NCBI GenBank assembly: GCA_002269645.1
Contig: NIVC01000206.1
Coordinates: 558,001-622,000 of the forward strand
Reading direction: 5' to 3'
Origin: Macrostomum lignano
Taxonomy: Eukaryota
DNA length: 64,000 nt
In this document: positions 1-13,240 of the stretch, one piece after another
Position numbering within the stretch: position 1 is the stretch's first letter
How the letters are laid out: the number at the start of each line of letters is the position of its first letter
Position numbers and translations under genes: made by a program
Notes under the pieces: generated by a model
Seen by the model: the letters and a program-made list of their open reading frames with translations, nothing else
Databases searched by the model: none
What the model was told of the DNA's origin: nothing

Positions 1-147
1 CGTGACAGCATCGACAGGGCGGCCAAGTCGGGCGTCAAATTTGTGTCGGCGCCGGGCGGCTCCGCTAACGACGCCGAAGTGCTGGAGGCTTGCGGTCAGC
101 ACGGCATTGAGATCGCATTCTCTAATACTAGGCTGTTTCATCATTGA
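1..147 (+). CDS. ATIC: C-terminal end of bifunctional purine biosynthesis protein ATIC/PurH (partial, runs off the window start)
   Basis: Frame 1 reads RDSIDRAAKSGVKFVSAPGGSANDAEVLEACGQHGIEIAFSNTRLFHH*, matching the conserved ATIC C-terminus (..DRAKRSGV.YIAAP.GS..D..VIEAC...GI......RLFHH). Confidence 0.93.
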   Translation, partial: RDSIDRAAKSGVKFVSAPGGSANDAEVLEACGQHGIEIAFSNTRLFHH

Positions 148-184
148 GCGAGATTGACTAGCGATTATCGGTTTTCGCTGATTG

Positions 185-790
185 GTTTTTAGATAGTGTT
201 GGTAGCAATTATCGATTTTTGTTAATTGGGTTCAGATTGTGTTGGTAGCAATTATCGATTTTTGTTAATTAGGTTTAGATAGTGTTAGTAGCAATTATAG
301 ATTTTTGTTAATTGGGTTTAGATAGTGTTGGTAGCAATTATCAATTTTTGTTAATTACGTTTAGATTTTTATGTAGCGATTATCGATTTTTGTTAACTGG
401 GTTTAGATAGTGTTGGTACCAATTATTAATTGTTGTTAATTAGGTTTAGATTGTGTTATGTAGCGATTATAGATTTTTGTTAATTGGGTTTAGATAGTGT
501 TGGTACCAATTATTAATTGTTGTTAATTAGGTTTAGATTGTGTTATGTAGCGATTATCGATTTTTGTTAATTGGGTTTAGATAGTGTTGGTAGCAATTAT
601 CAATTGTTGTTAATTAGGTTTAGATTGTGTTATGTAGCGATTATCGATTTTTGTTAATTGGGTTTAGATAGTGTTGGTAGCAATTATCAATTGTTGTTAA
701 TTAGGTTTAGATTGTGTTATGTAGCGATTATCGATTTTTGTTGATTGTGTTGCTAGCAATTATAATTTTTTTGTTAATTTGGTTCAGTTT
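185..790. repeat. Degenerate ~43-44 bp tandem repeat with two alternating variants
   Basis: Unit GATAGTGTTGGTAGCAATTATCGATTTTTGTTAATTGGGTTTA alternates with a GATTGTGTTATGTAGCG variant, directly 3' of ATIC. Confidence 0.85.
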
Positions 791-1679
791 GTGTTTGTAG
801 CAGGTTTAGTGTGTCAGGATTGTGTTAGGCAGCGATTATCAATTTTTGTTAACTATCGGTTTCGTTTATTGATTATAGGAATAGCTTTCATTAGTTCCAA
901 TTTCCAGCACGCTGATAATCGATATTTAAACTAATAAAATGAACTATGTTGCTATTAGTGAGTTAATTAAGTATCGATAATGATTGTCATTATCTATTTA
1001 GAGTTACTTCATTTTCGTTATTAATCGGTCGGTTATCGATTATTTATTGATTCTGTAGCTGCTTAACTATTTGGACCTGAATTATTCATCATTTCAAAAT
1101 TCCAAACTTCAAATTGCTGCTTGTCCCGGTTAAAGTTTTCTATAAATTGCGTTTGTTTTTTCAAGTAAATAATCTCGCAGCTGTTTTTGGCGCTAATAAC
1201 TAAATTATTATTAAAAGTAGCGCCACTGTACCGAAGCAAAGTTCGCTGTTTAAATTATATACAATTCGATAACCGCATTAACAGTTAAGATTCAATGCAA
1301 CACCTTTTTGCTATTGCTGACGTTTCTTTAAACCGAATGATTCTTTGTCCTTCAGTTGTTTTCTCGATTGACTTGTTAAAATGATTAACAATCATTATTA
1401 CCTATTATTATATTACCTACCTTTATTACCTACTAGCAACTGTTTTACTCATTGACCAATTTGGCGAAATCGATTCACTTGGGATTCATTCTATTCTAGA
1501 TTCGAGAATTTAGTGCGAGATTATCGATTGTAAAAATATCTTTCCTGTAATTTGTAAGAAATTCAGTACAAACACCTAGATGCTAATGAGCAGATGCAGC
1601 ATCCTAATTCTTTAAATTTCAACGCTTTGCTGCACAATTGTTTAGCATTTCAAGAACATAGACAGCAGCCTACAGGTCA

Positions 1680-2195
1680 TGGGACAGCACAAGTGGCTAT
1701 GGAAGCTCTTGCATGTCAATTGTGGTCATAATGACAGCACAAGTGGCTATGGAAGCTCTTGCAGGTCAATTGTGGTCATAATGACAGCACAAGTGGCTAT
1801 GGAAGCTCTTGCATGTCAATTGTGGTCATAATGACAGCACAAGTGGCTATGGAAGCTCTTGCATGTCAATTGTGGTCATAATGACAGCACAAGTGGCTAT
1901 GGAAGCTCTTGCATGTCAATTGTGGCCATAATGACAGCACAAGTGGCTATGGAAGCTCTTGCATGTCAATTGTGGCCATAATGACAGCACAAGTGGCTAT
2001 GGAAGCTCTTGCAGGTCACTGGTGACTGCGGTCATAATGACAGCGCAGGTAGCTATGGCAGCCTGCAGGTCACTGTGAGTGATGACTGCGGTCATAGGGA
2101 CAGCACAGGTAGCTACATGTACATGTATGGCAGCCTGCAGGTCACTGTGATGGCTGCGGTCATAATGACAGCTATTACAGGTAGCTATGGCTTAC
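1680..2195. repeat. 50-bp minisatellite
   Basis: ATGACAGCACAAGTGGCTATGGAAGCTCTTGCATGTCAATTGTGGTCATA recurs with period 50 (1731, 1781, 1831...) and decays rightwards. Confidence 0.9.
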
Positions 2196-2714
2196 ATCAA
2201 CATGTAAGCCTACATCACTACATCATGCTTACATCATGTCGATTAGGAAATGAAAAGAACACAGAAATGTTTTGTTGTTCAAAAAGAAGCGCAATGGCCA
2301 AACCAAGGTGAAAGCAACAAACAGCTTTCGCAGTAAATTACCCAAAATCAACCTTGTGGTCGCCCAGGTAAACCAACATATTGATTGCCTTGTGTATTTG
2401 TTCGTGCTGTTGTTTAAACTGAATAAAACAAACAATAAACGAAGTGAAAAATATCAAAAAGCTGACAGAAAGGCGCGACTAAAATTTAAAATATTAAGCT
2501 AAGCTAAACTATGCTGTGGGCGCGTGCGAATGTGCATTGACCACATTTGCAAAGTTTCAATATTTTTTTTCACTGTGAAAAACAAAAAACGACAAATAGT
2601 TAATTGAAAAATAACTTTTATCTCTTCAGCTGTTTAGTTCAATTGCGTAATTAAGTAAAAACAAACGTGAATAATATAGCCCATTCACTCTCTTACTAAA
2701 TATATAGGACCACT

Positions 2715-3170
2715 TCCCTAATGTACATTGACCCTCTCTTCCTAATGTACATTGACCCTCTCTCCCTAATGTACATTAACCCTCTCTCCCTAATGTACAT
2801 TGACCCTCTCTTCCTAATGTACATTGACTCTCTCTCCCTAATGTACAATAACCCTCTCTACCTAATGTACATCGACTCTCTCTACCTAATGTACATTGAC
2901 CTTCTCTCCCTAATGTACATTGACCCTCTCTCCCTAATGTACATTTACTCTCTCTAATGTACATTGACCCTTTCTCACTAAATGTACGCTGGCCCGCTCT
3001 CTCTAATGTACATTGACTCTCTCTACCTAATGTACATTGACTCTCTCTACCTAATGTACATTGACTCTCTCTACCTAATGTACATTGACCCTTTCTACCT
3101 AATGTACATTGACCCTCTCTCCCTAATGTACATTGACCCGCTCTCTCTAATGTACATTGACCGCCTCTCA
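2715..3170. repeat. 24-bp minisatellite
   Basis: Unit CTAATGTACATTGACCCTCTCTCC; source of the MYIDPLSL-type ORFs. Confidence 0.9.
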
Positions 3171-4659
3171 CTGTAAGGCAAAAATTCATGGGCCTGTGCA
3201 TTCAATTGCCTTTACAAAACCACTCATAAACAACAAATGTGCAGCGGTGAGACAGGGAAATTAATTATTACTTTTTAACACATCAATCTAAAAGTAAAGT
3301 AGGAAGCAAAAAATAAAAGAATGAATTACTCCATTTTGTTAGCTAAAATATGTTTCTACAACTATTATTATTATCATTAGTAGTAGTAGTAGTAAAACTA
3401 ATATGATCTATAACTACATAAAAGTTTTGAGCCAGCTCAACTAAATGCTTAAGGTATTCGGATTCGAATCGAATCAATAGTATAATTCAACAGCTGCATT
3501 TTATATCAACTACTTACTATTAGTACTATATATATGATGGTGTGCACAAGTCAATTGCTGAAGCAGACCGGATAGACAGACACGAGATAAAAAAGCAGAG
3601 ATTGAAAGAAGAAAAAACACGCGCTGTTTTGTTAATTTTCTAAAACTGTAACTAATTGCTGTTCTACAGAAAAACTGCTACTCACGCACGCGCGCTTACT
3701 CAAGCTTAAAAGAGCACCTTAGCTATGAGAAAAAGTATTGGTGACCTTAAATATTTCTAGGTAATTAAAAGACTGACAGATTAATCTAGTATTTAATGAA
3801 CTAAAAAGAACTTCAAGCAAAAAAAAAATTCAAACAATAAAATATACTAATAAGCTAATTATTAGTTTGCATTGGATGTGTGCATGTGTGCATTGGAAAT
3901 CACATGAAAATTTGTTATTAACTACACGGCAAACTGTAAAACAGCCATTCTAAACCTACCTAAAGTATTCGAAGCAGGTGCATACAGAAATTAGACAATA
4001 ATTTACTAATTTATTCACTAAAACAAAGATTGCTACTAACAATAGGCAGTAGCTAAATTAAAAATAATTTTGCTTGGGCTACATACCTTAGTTCGACACA
4101 TAAGGGACAATTTGTATTCATAATTTTTAAAGATAAATACTAAGTTACTAAACTCAAGAATGCTACTTACAGTAGCTAAATTAGGTAAACTTTTTCATAG
4201 TAACAGTGGAAGCTAATTTGCTCATAAGATTATAAATATGTAAAATCACAATGGGTGACAATAGCAGAAAATACAAGCTAAAAGGTTTGCAATCTTTTTT
4301 TTTTCAAAATAAAGTGCACATAAATAAACAATCCTTGTACACCGTATATAGGCCCCATTAATTTTTTGTCTAAATTTGCTTAACAAATGCAATTCTTATT
4401 CTTTGCAAAACGCAAAGTAATTTGATAAAAAATTATCTATAGCTCCGTCAGAAGTCAGTTAAAATACAATGCCGCCAATTATTGACGACATTTCGAAAGC
4501 TTTGTAGGAAAAACTATGTAGGCAAGGAGCCTTCAGTCTTATTAATGTGTACCGCTGCATGCGTTGGTAAAAGAGATGCTTGGCGTTGAAAATAAATCAT
4601 CTTTGGTGTTCAAAATCAAAATGAGGCAGGGAAGTGAAAGGAGGGTAAAGACAGGAGAG

Positions 4660-5550
4660 TAGAGAATGGAGTAGGTAGAGAATGGAGAGTAGGTAGAGAA
4701 GGGAGAGTAGGTAGAGAAAGGAGAGTAGGTAGAGAAGGGAGAGTAGGTAGAGAATGGAGAGTAGGTAGAAAAGGGAGAGTAGGTAGAGAAGGGAGAGTAA
4801 GTAAAGAGAATGGAGAGTAGGTAGAGAATGGAGAGTAGGTAGAGAAGGGAGAGTAGGTAGAAAAGGGAGAGTAGGTAGAGAATGGAGAGTAGGTAGAGAA
4901 TGGAGAGTAGGTAGAGAATGGAGAGTAGGTAGAGAAGGGAGAGTAGGTAGAGAATGGAGAGTAGGTAGAGAAAGGAGAGTAGGTAGAGAATGGAGAGTAG
5001 GTAGAGAAGGGAGAGTAGGTAGAAAAGGGAGAGTAGGTAGAGAATGGAGAGTAGGTAGAGAATGGAGAGTAGGTAGAGAAGGGAGAGTAGGTAGAGAATG
5101 GAGAGTAGGTAGAGAAAGGAGAGTAGGTAGAGAAGGGAGAGTAGGTAGAGAATGGAGAGTAGGTAGATAAGGGAGAGTAGGTAGAGAAGGGAGAGTAGGT
5201 AGAGAAGGGAGAGTAGGTAGAGAAAGGAGAGTAGGTAGAGAAAGGGGGTGGGTAGAGAAGAGGGAGTAGGTAGAGAAGGGAGAGTAGACAGAGAATGGAG
5301 AGTAGGTAGAAAAGGGAGAGTAGGTAGAGAATGGAGAGTAGGTAGAGAATGGAGAGTAGGTAGAAAAGGGAGAGTAGGTAGAGAATGGAGAGTAGGTAGA
5401 GAATGGAGAGTAGGTAGAGAAGGGAGAGTAGGTAGAAAAGGGAGAGTAGGTAGAGAATGGAGAGTAGGTAGAGAATGGAGAGTAGGTAGAAAAGGGAGAG
5501 TAGGTAGAGAATGGAGAGTAGGTAGAGAAGGGAGAGTAAGTAGAGAATGG
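4660..5550. repeat. 18-bp purine-rich minisatellite
   Basis: Unit GGAGAGTAGGTAGAGAA(T/G); source of the STYSPF/LPTLHS ORFs; lies 3' of the ENPP gene. Confidence 0.92.
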
Positions 5551-5786
5551 AAGCAACGGTAGAACAGGAAATGAAGAGGCTCAAAGTGAGACTCAGTACA
5601 AGAGGGCTTGAAAGAGCTGGAGGCTACAGAAATTGACACAGTAGCTAATCAGCTACAGAAGAAGCAGAAGAAGCAGAAGAAGCAGAATCAGAAGAAGACG
5701 GAATTGAGCAATGCATCTATGCACTCCATATCGGTGCAATAAAGCACTCAGCTAATATCCTCACTGGGAAACAACTAGCAAAATTG

Positions 5787-8700
5787 TCAGAGTTCAAAAA
5801 CCAGCTGCAGCGTCATCAGCAGCAGAATCGCCGCTGCACTGCTACTAGAAGAAGACCGACAGATGACAGATTCTGCACCGGAAGTAGGCGACTTGGCGTT
5901 GAGTCTATCGAGCATCAGGGCCGCTGATTCGTCGTTGTGTTTCCTCTGCATACCCGAGGCGGGGTCATCATCATCCTTTAGCAGCAGGTCGCCGAGCAGT
6001 CGAGAGCTGCTCTGCCGCCGCCAGATCCGATTCCGATAATGCTGCTCGCTATCCTTCAATCCTAGCAGGCGCCTCATCAACGGATAAACATCCAGACTCT
6101 CTACTGCATCGAAGCCTATAGTAGCATTGCTCAGGAATTTGCCAGGCTGAACCAGAGGCCCGGCTACTAACACTGCCGTGTGCATATCCTTAGCAACCGG
6201 GTCGTAGCCGTGCCAGCCCCTGGCCGGCCCGCTGGAATAGCTGGGATAGTGCCGGTGGAATGTTTCTACGAAAATGCCCGGCTCCGCCAGCAGCGAGATG
6301 GGCGGCAGGCGGGCGCTGACCGCCGGCTGCTCAGGCTGGTTGGCCACCCGGGGGTAGAAACGGCTGACCAGCTGGGCGTCTGTCAGCACCTCCACGTGCG
6401 GGTGCTGGCTCTGCATCAGCTGCGGCGGTGGGGTTGGGTTCGTTCTCACTCACTCATTCACTCACTCATTCACTCACTCATTCACTCACTCATTCACTCA
6501 CTCATTCACTCACTCATTCACTCACTCATTCACTCAGCCATTCAATCACTTTTTCACTCACTCATTCACTCAGCCATTCAATCACTTTTTCACTCACTCA
6601 TTCACTCAGCCATTCAATCACCTTTTCACTCACTCATTCACTCAGCCATTCAATCACCTTTTCACTCACTCATTCACTCACCCATTCAATCACTCTTTTA
6701 ATCACTCTTTCACTCACTTATTCACTCACTTATTCACTCAGCCATTCAATCACTTTTTCACTCACTCATTCACTCAGCCATTCAATCACTTTTTCTCTCA
6801 CTCATTCACTCACCCATTCAATCACTCTTTTAATCACTCTTTCTCTCACTTATTCACTCACTCATTCACTCAGCCATTCAATCACTTTTTCACTCACTCA
6901 TTCACTCAGCCATTCAATCACTTATTCACTCACTCATTCACTCAGCCATTCAATCACTTTTTCACTTACTCATTAACTCACCCATTCAATCACTCTTTTA
7001 ATCACTCTTTCACTCACTTATTCACTCACTCATTCACTCACTCATTTACTCAGACATTCAATCACTAATTCGCTCACTCTTTCACCCACCCTTTCACTCA
7101 ATCATTCACTCACTCCCTTATTGACTCAACCATTCACTCACTCCCTCACTCAGCCATTTAATCATTTCTTTAATCATTACTTCGCTCACTCTTTCACTAA
7201 CTCACTTATGCACTCAACCATTCACTCACTCATTCACTCAATCACTCATTCACTCAATCACTTATTCACTTAACTATTCACTCGCTTATTCACTCAATTA
7301 TTCACTCACTCACTTATTCACTCAACCATTCACTCGCTAATTCACTCAATCATCCAGTCACTCCCTTATTCACTCAACAATTCACTCACCCCTTCACTCA
7401 GCCATTTAATCATTACTTTAATAATTACTTCGCTCACTCTTTCACTCACTCTTTTACTAGTTCACTTATTCACTCACTCATTCACTCACTCACTTATTTA
7501 CTCACTCATTCACTCACTCACTTATTCACTCTCTCTCTCTCTCTCTCACACTCACTCACTAAACCATTCACTCACTTATTCACTTAATCATTTACTCACT
7601 TATTCACTCAATCATTCACACACTCCCTCGTTTACTTGCTCATTCACTCATTCATCCATTCACTTATTCACTCACTCAGCCATTTACTCAATCACTCGCT
7701 CACTCACCTGCATCATCTGCCACAGGCTCTGATTCTTGCCGGGCACTGGCCACACGCCCACAGCGGCCCCAACGTGCACAACCCGCAGCACATCGGAGTG
7801 CTTGGCGAAATTCTGCAGATCAGCCCGATCAGCCTTGACCACCCCGGACATGCCGTGATCCCCAATCACCAGCAGGTGAGCGCCGGCGCTGGCGCCCCAG
7901 TCGCTATCAACAATCTGTTTAGTAGCCAAACTGACCAGCACGTCAATCTGACGCAGCAGCCGGCGCCGATTAGTGGCAGACTCGGGGCCAAACCGATGCC
8001 CGCCCCAGTCTAGCAGATCGACGTACAGCACAACTAAGTCAGCGTAGCCATTGCGCATCGATTTTGCTCCTGCGCGTGCATTTCATATTGCGTCACGAGT
8101 TAGCTGGTTTAACATTATTTAGTAACAAAACCTTAGCTCGCTACTAACAGTAGAGAAATTAGAATCTTCATTCTAACAATGTTTTTATCTAAAAATCTAA
8201 ACGACTCTACATATCGGCAAATTCACAAATTTATTAATTTACTACTACGGAGCAAAGTTTATTGTCAAGAAAGACCAAGACAGACTATTGACTACAGAAA
8301 CAATAATAGTTGTTCTTTTAACTAACAAGAAAGTTACGTATTTACCTAACATATCGGCGCAAATGCAAGGAGTTCTAAGAAAAAAGGTAAATTCTATTTA
8401 TATCATTCAAATACATTACTTATAGTAGTTTTTCTGTATAATTTTTGTTCAGCTTTTACCAATCGACGAGGTGACTAACTAACTAACTAAAATAAGTAAA
8501 ATCGGCGCCTCAGCCAAATGAATAGGCTCTTACGCCACTAAGATAAATTGGTTTCCAGGTTGGGAGTGTACTCAGGTAGACTAGCTTCTAAATTAGACTA
8601 TAGGAGACTGTGACCAATCAAGCCGAGCCGAGTATAGGCCTGCCTTCCTATACAGCTACCCACAGCCCTTCCTGATCGACTATTACCCTCTAACCCAGCC

Positions 8701-10905
8701 TACTAACTCATTACAAGCTTCCAGCCAGGCAGAGACAAGTGTCACAGGGGTACTGCGGTTCGGTGTCTCTATGCGAGACAAAACCAACCAATCGACGAGG
8801 TGAAAATAACAGGGCGTAGAAAATAAGATGTTAAGAGACTATTGATGGAGGAAAGTAAAATTAATTTGCAGAATTTTAGCTACTGAAAGTAGAAGGTATA
8901 TGAACTTTTTCCTAAAACACTACTAACAGTATAAAGCAATCTATAAAGTTATCTACTCAACATATCGGAAATATTTATCTCACCTTCTAACAATGCCGAT
9001 TGAACCTCTTCTAAAGGGGCCATTGTGCGATAGGGCCTGGCGCACACGGATGGACCGTAGTTGCCAGAGTAGGCGCAACCGGGAAGGTAATATAACAGGC
9101 TGCGCCTGCCTACACGCGACAGCGAGTCCCACAGTGTCTCAACTCCCAGTTCGGTGTGCAGAAGCGACATCAGACCGGGCGAACTCTTATTGAATATGGC
9201 ATCTAACGATGGGTCGTAGTTTTCATTGCCAACCAGGCCGTGATGGTGAGGATAGACGCCTTAAGGAATGCAAATTAGTACTAATAGTAGTGTAGATATT
9301 TTAGGAAATAATTAATAAAGTTTAGTATTGATAAACATAGATTTCGAAATTCCGGATTCAACAGATTTCGGATTCTAAGACTTTTAAGATTTTGGAAATT
9401 GAGATGCCTAGATACTGGACCATTTTAAATTTGGGATTCTCGGATTCCGGATTTTGGGATTTAAGATTCTCAGATTCAGGATTTGGGATTTAGGATTAGG
9501 GATTCTTTGATTCAGGATTTCGGGATTAGGGATTCTCAGATTCAGGATTTGGGATTCTCAGATTCAGGATTTTGGGATTAGGGATTCTTTGATTCAGGAT
9601 TTTGGGATTAGGGATTCTTTGATTCAGGATTTTGGGATTAGGATTCTTTGATTCAGGATTTTGGGATTAGGATTCTTTGATTCAGGATTTTGGGATTAGG
9701 GATTCTTTGATTCAGGATTTTGGGATTAGGGATTCTTTGATTCAGGATTTTGGGATTAGGATTCTTTGATTCAGGATTTTGGGATTAGGATTCTTTGATT
9801 CAGGATTTTGGGATTAGGGATTCTTTGATTCAGGATTTTGGGATTTGGGATTCTTTGATTCAGGATTTTGGGATTAGGGATTCTTTGATTCAGGATTTTG
9901 GTATTAGGATTCTTTGATTCAGGATTTTGGGATTAGGATTCTTTGATTCAGGATTTTGGGATTAGGGATTCTTTGATTCAGGATTTTGGGATTTGGGATT
10001 CTTTGATTCAGGATTTTGGGATTAGGGATTCTTTGATTCAGGATTTTGGGATTAGGGATTCTTTGATTCAGGATTTTGGGATTAGGGATTCTTTGATTCA
10101 GGATTTTGGGATTAGGGATTCTTTGATTCAGGATTTTGGGATTAGGGATTCTTTGATTCAGGATTTTGGGATTAGGGATTCTTTGATTCAGGATTTTGGG
10201 GATTAGGGACTCTTTGATTCAGGATTTTGGGATTAGGGATTCTTTGATTCAGGATTTTGGGATTAGGGATTCTTTGATTCAGGATTTTGGGATTAGGGAT
10301 TCTTTGATTCAGGATTTTGGGGATTAGGGACTCTTTGATTCAGGATTTTGGGATTAGGGATTCTTTGATTCAGGATTTTGGGATTAGGGACTCTTTGATT
10401 CAGGATTTTGGGATTAGGGATTCTTTGATTCAGGATTTTGGGATTTGGGATTCTCAGATTCAGGATTTGGGATTCTTAGATTCGGGATTTTAACGATTAG
10501 GGATATTCTCATTAAATATTTTTGGGGATTTTGGAGTCTCAGATTCAGGTTTTTTGGGGACTTAGGATTTTTAATTTCCATTTTAAGGATTCGCGGTTTC
10601 AGGATTCAAGCAATAAAGAACTCACCGGTAAACATGGAGTAGATGTTGGGCAGGCACAGGCTAGGGTACACTGGTCTCAACGGCAGAACGGAAGCGCCAC
10701 GCTGCCTGAGGCGAGAAAAGCCAGTCAGATTGGAATCCAACGGATAATCCCAGCGAAGGCCGTCTAGCAGCAGAACGAAGAGCGGCGCCTGGCCTCCAGA
10801 CGACGAAGCCGACGAAATCGCATGGCAACCGGCTGGCAACCGGCAACTAGCGATTAGTAGCCACGTGTACAAACTGATCGAAGACAATGCCGAGGTCATT
10901 AACAT
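5787..10905 (-). CDS. ENPP6: Ectonucleotide pyrophosphatase/phosphodiesterase, ENPP6-like, with signal peptide and putative GPI signal (4 exons)
   Basis: Exons 10905-10626, 9259-8984, 8069-7708, 6419-5787 have GT/AG boundaries and join in frame. Alkaline-phosphatase-superfamily motifs: LLLDGLRWDY, PSLCLPNIYSMFTG|VYPHHHGLVGNENYD, ADLVVLYVDLLDWGGHRFGP, IGDHGM, GWHGYD..DMHTAVLVAGP; hydrophobic C-terminus after a Ser run. ENPP6 orthology is tentative (PSL.xPN and GWHGYD motifs). Confidence 0.9.
6444..7705. repeat. (CACT/CATT)n compound microsatellite filling ENPP intron 3
   Basis: CACTCACTCATT-type arrays; the sense strand reads GTGAGTGAATGAGT. Confidence 0.92.
8458..8803 (-). mobile_element. 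312-bp retroposed insert (SINE or LINE 3' fragment) with 17-bp target-site duplication, in ENPP intron 2
   Basis: ACCAATCGACGAGGTGA occurs at 8458-8474 and 8787-8803; on the minus strand the insert ends in a (TTAG)n tail abutting the left repeat. Confidence 0.65.
9440..10470. repeat. 29-30 bp minisatellite containing TTAGGG, ENPP intron 1
   Basis: Unit GATTCAGGATTTTGGG(G)ATTAGGGATTCTTT, about 30 copies. Confidence 0.93.
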
Positions 10906-11174
10906 TCCAAGGAGAACTTACTGCTTTTTTGAAGTTCGGTTCCGCAAACGACTGGGAAAAGTAATTTGAAGAAAAAAACAATAAAGTTAGTTAAACCAGA
11001 CTATATAGTAGCAATGAGGAGCTGTGTGCACGCAATAAATCATGTAGCCTCATAAAGCATTATAGTAAGCTCAATAGAAACACCTGCCATATAATGGGGT
11101 ATAGGAAACAGGGCGGCCATGAATAACTGACGCACGGCAACCTCGTGTTCTTGGTATACAAACAGAAAATAGAC

Positions 11175-11325
11175 AGCAGAATGACAGACGGACAGACAGA
11201 CAGACCGACAGGCAGGCAGGCAGGAAGGCAAACAGACAGGCAGACAGACAGACAGACAGACAAACAGGCAGACAGACAGACAGACAGACAGACAGACACT
11301 AAGACAGACAGACAAACAGACACTA

Positions 11326-11370
<45 letters not shown>

Positions 11371-11477
11371 CTAAGACAGACAGACAGACAGACACTAAGA
11401 CAGACAGACAGACACACAGGCAGACAGACAGACAGACAGACAGACAGACACTAAGACAGACAGACAAACAGACACTA

Positions 11478-11522
<45 letters not shown>

Positions 11523-11575
11523 CTAAGACAGACAGACAGACAGACACTAAGACAGACAGACAGACACACAGAGTC
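11175..11575. repeat. (GACA)n microsatellite
   Basis: GACAGACA array with interspersed CACTAA variants. Confidence 0.95.
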
Positions 11576-12409
11576 AGAGATTCTATAGAAACAGGTGTTA
11601 ACATTAAGCCGCAAGGTGCACTAAGGTGACATCTACAAACATAAGCCAGCTTATCTATAACAAAAGAAAAAATTAAAAGTTCTTGCAAGACATAGCGATA
11701 GTAAAAATCGTTATGCTTTTAATCAGTTTATTTAACTATTTTCATTTTCTCCGATACACACATATAGTACTACTTATCATCACTAGTTCAGTAGTTTATT
11801 CGCGACTAATTAGAGACAAGAATCGGAGGGAAACACTCGATACTAATGGAAATAAACCATATAAATATTGAACAACTTACGTAGAAAGTACAACATTATA
11901 ATAACGGCATTGGTTTCCGTGTGGATATAAGATTTAAAAAATTGTCTTTATCAAAATCATCTCTAAGGTGCAAATATTCCGCGTAATCAATATTTGACTT
12001 AACGAAGTTCATGATGTACTCATACTGCTAGGAGATAATTCTATTCGTTTAAAAAGGACACCAGAACATTTAAAAACCAAGCCAGGTTTTAAAAAAAAAT
12101 TGGAAAAATTTGAGATAAGCATTTTACGAACTAATGTAACAGCATTGTGCAAATTTAAATAAATAAACAAGCTAGAAAAAAGTATAATCAATATTTATCC
12201 TATAGTACTGACAGCAGGTTGATTGATTACACGAATAAGTATAAATAACACAAACCAATTAATTGGCATTGGATAGAAACTGTTACTCAGCTAGATAACT
12301 TAGTAATAAACTCATTAATAAGCACTCTTACAGAAGCATTTATTTATTAAATATATTTATCAAGACTCTAGCAATGTACATGCACAGATAAATACAGCAA
12401 GAAAGCGCT

Positions 12410-13240
12410 CTACTTCCGGCTAGCAAATGATAACTATTGATAGGGCAGTTATACCCTACTTCCGGTTGGCATCTGGTGTACTATTAGGGGACTGTTAAAC
12501 CTTAATTTTCGGTTAGCAACTGATACACTATAATGTCTGTTAAACCCTACTTCCGGTTGGCAACTGATATACCATAGAGGGACTGTTAAACGTTACTTCC
12601 GGTTTGCAACTGATGTACTATTAGGTGACTGTTGAACATTACTTCCGGTTTGCAACTGATGTACCACAGGGGACAATTAAACCTTACTTTCGGTTGGCAT
12701 CTGATGTACCATAGGAGGACTATTAAACTCTACTTCCGGTTGGCATCTGATGTACCATAGGGGGACTGTTAAACGCTACTTCCGGTTAGCAACTGATGTA
12801 CCATAGGGGGACTGTTAACCCTACTTCCGGTTGGCATCTGATGTATCGTAGGGACTGTTAAACGCTACTTCCGGTTGGCATCTGATGTACTATAGGGGGG
12901 CTATTAAACCTTACTTCCGGTAGGCATCTGATGTACCATAGGGGGACTATTAAACCCTACTTCCGGTTGGAATCTGATGTACCATAGGGGAACTGTTAAC
13001 CCTACTTCCGGTTGGCATCTGATGTACCATAGGAAGACTATTAAACCTTACTTCCGGTTGGCATCTGATGTATCGTAGGGACTGTTAAACTCTTTTTCCG
13101 GTTGGCATCTGATGTACCATAGGAAGACTATTAAACCTTACTTCCGGTTGGCATCTGATGTATCGTAGGGACTGTTAAACTCTACTTCCGGTTGGCATCT
13201 GATGTATCGTAGGGACTGTTGAACTCCACTTCCGGTTTTC
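12410..13240. repeat. 46-47 bp minisatellite upstream of ENPP
   Basis: Unit ACTTCCGGTTGGCATCTGATGTACCATAGGGGGACTGTTAAACCCT. Confidence 0.9.

Noticed and set aside
4542-5639. Three overlapping 319-365 aa ORFs
   Set aside because: All three frames of one 18-bp repeat are open; no coding asymmetry or unique sequence.
9440-10470. Interstitial telomere or chromosome-fusion site
   Set aside because: TTAGGG occurs once per 30-bp unit rather than as (TTAGGG)n, with no head-to-head junction.
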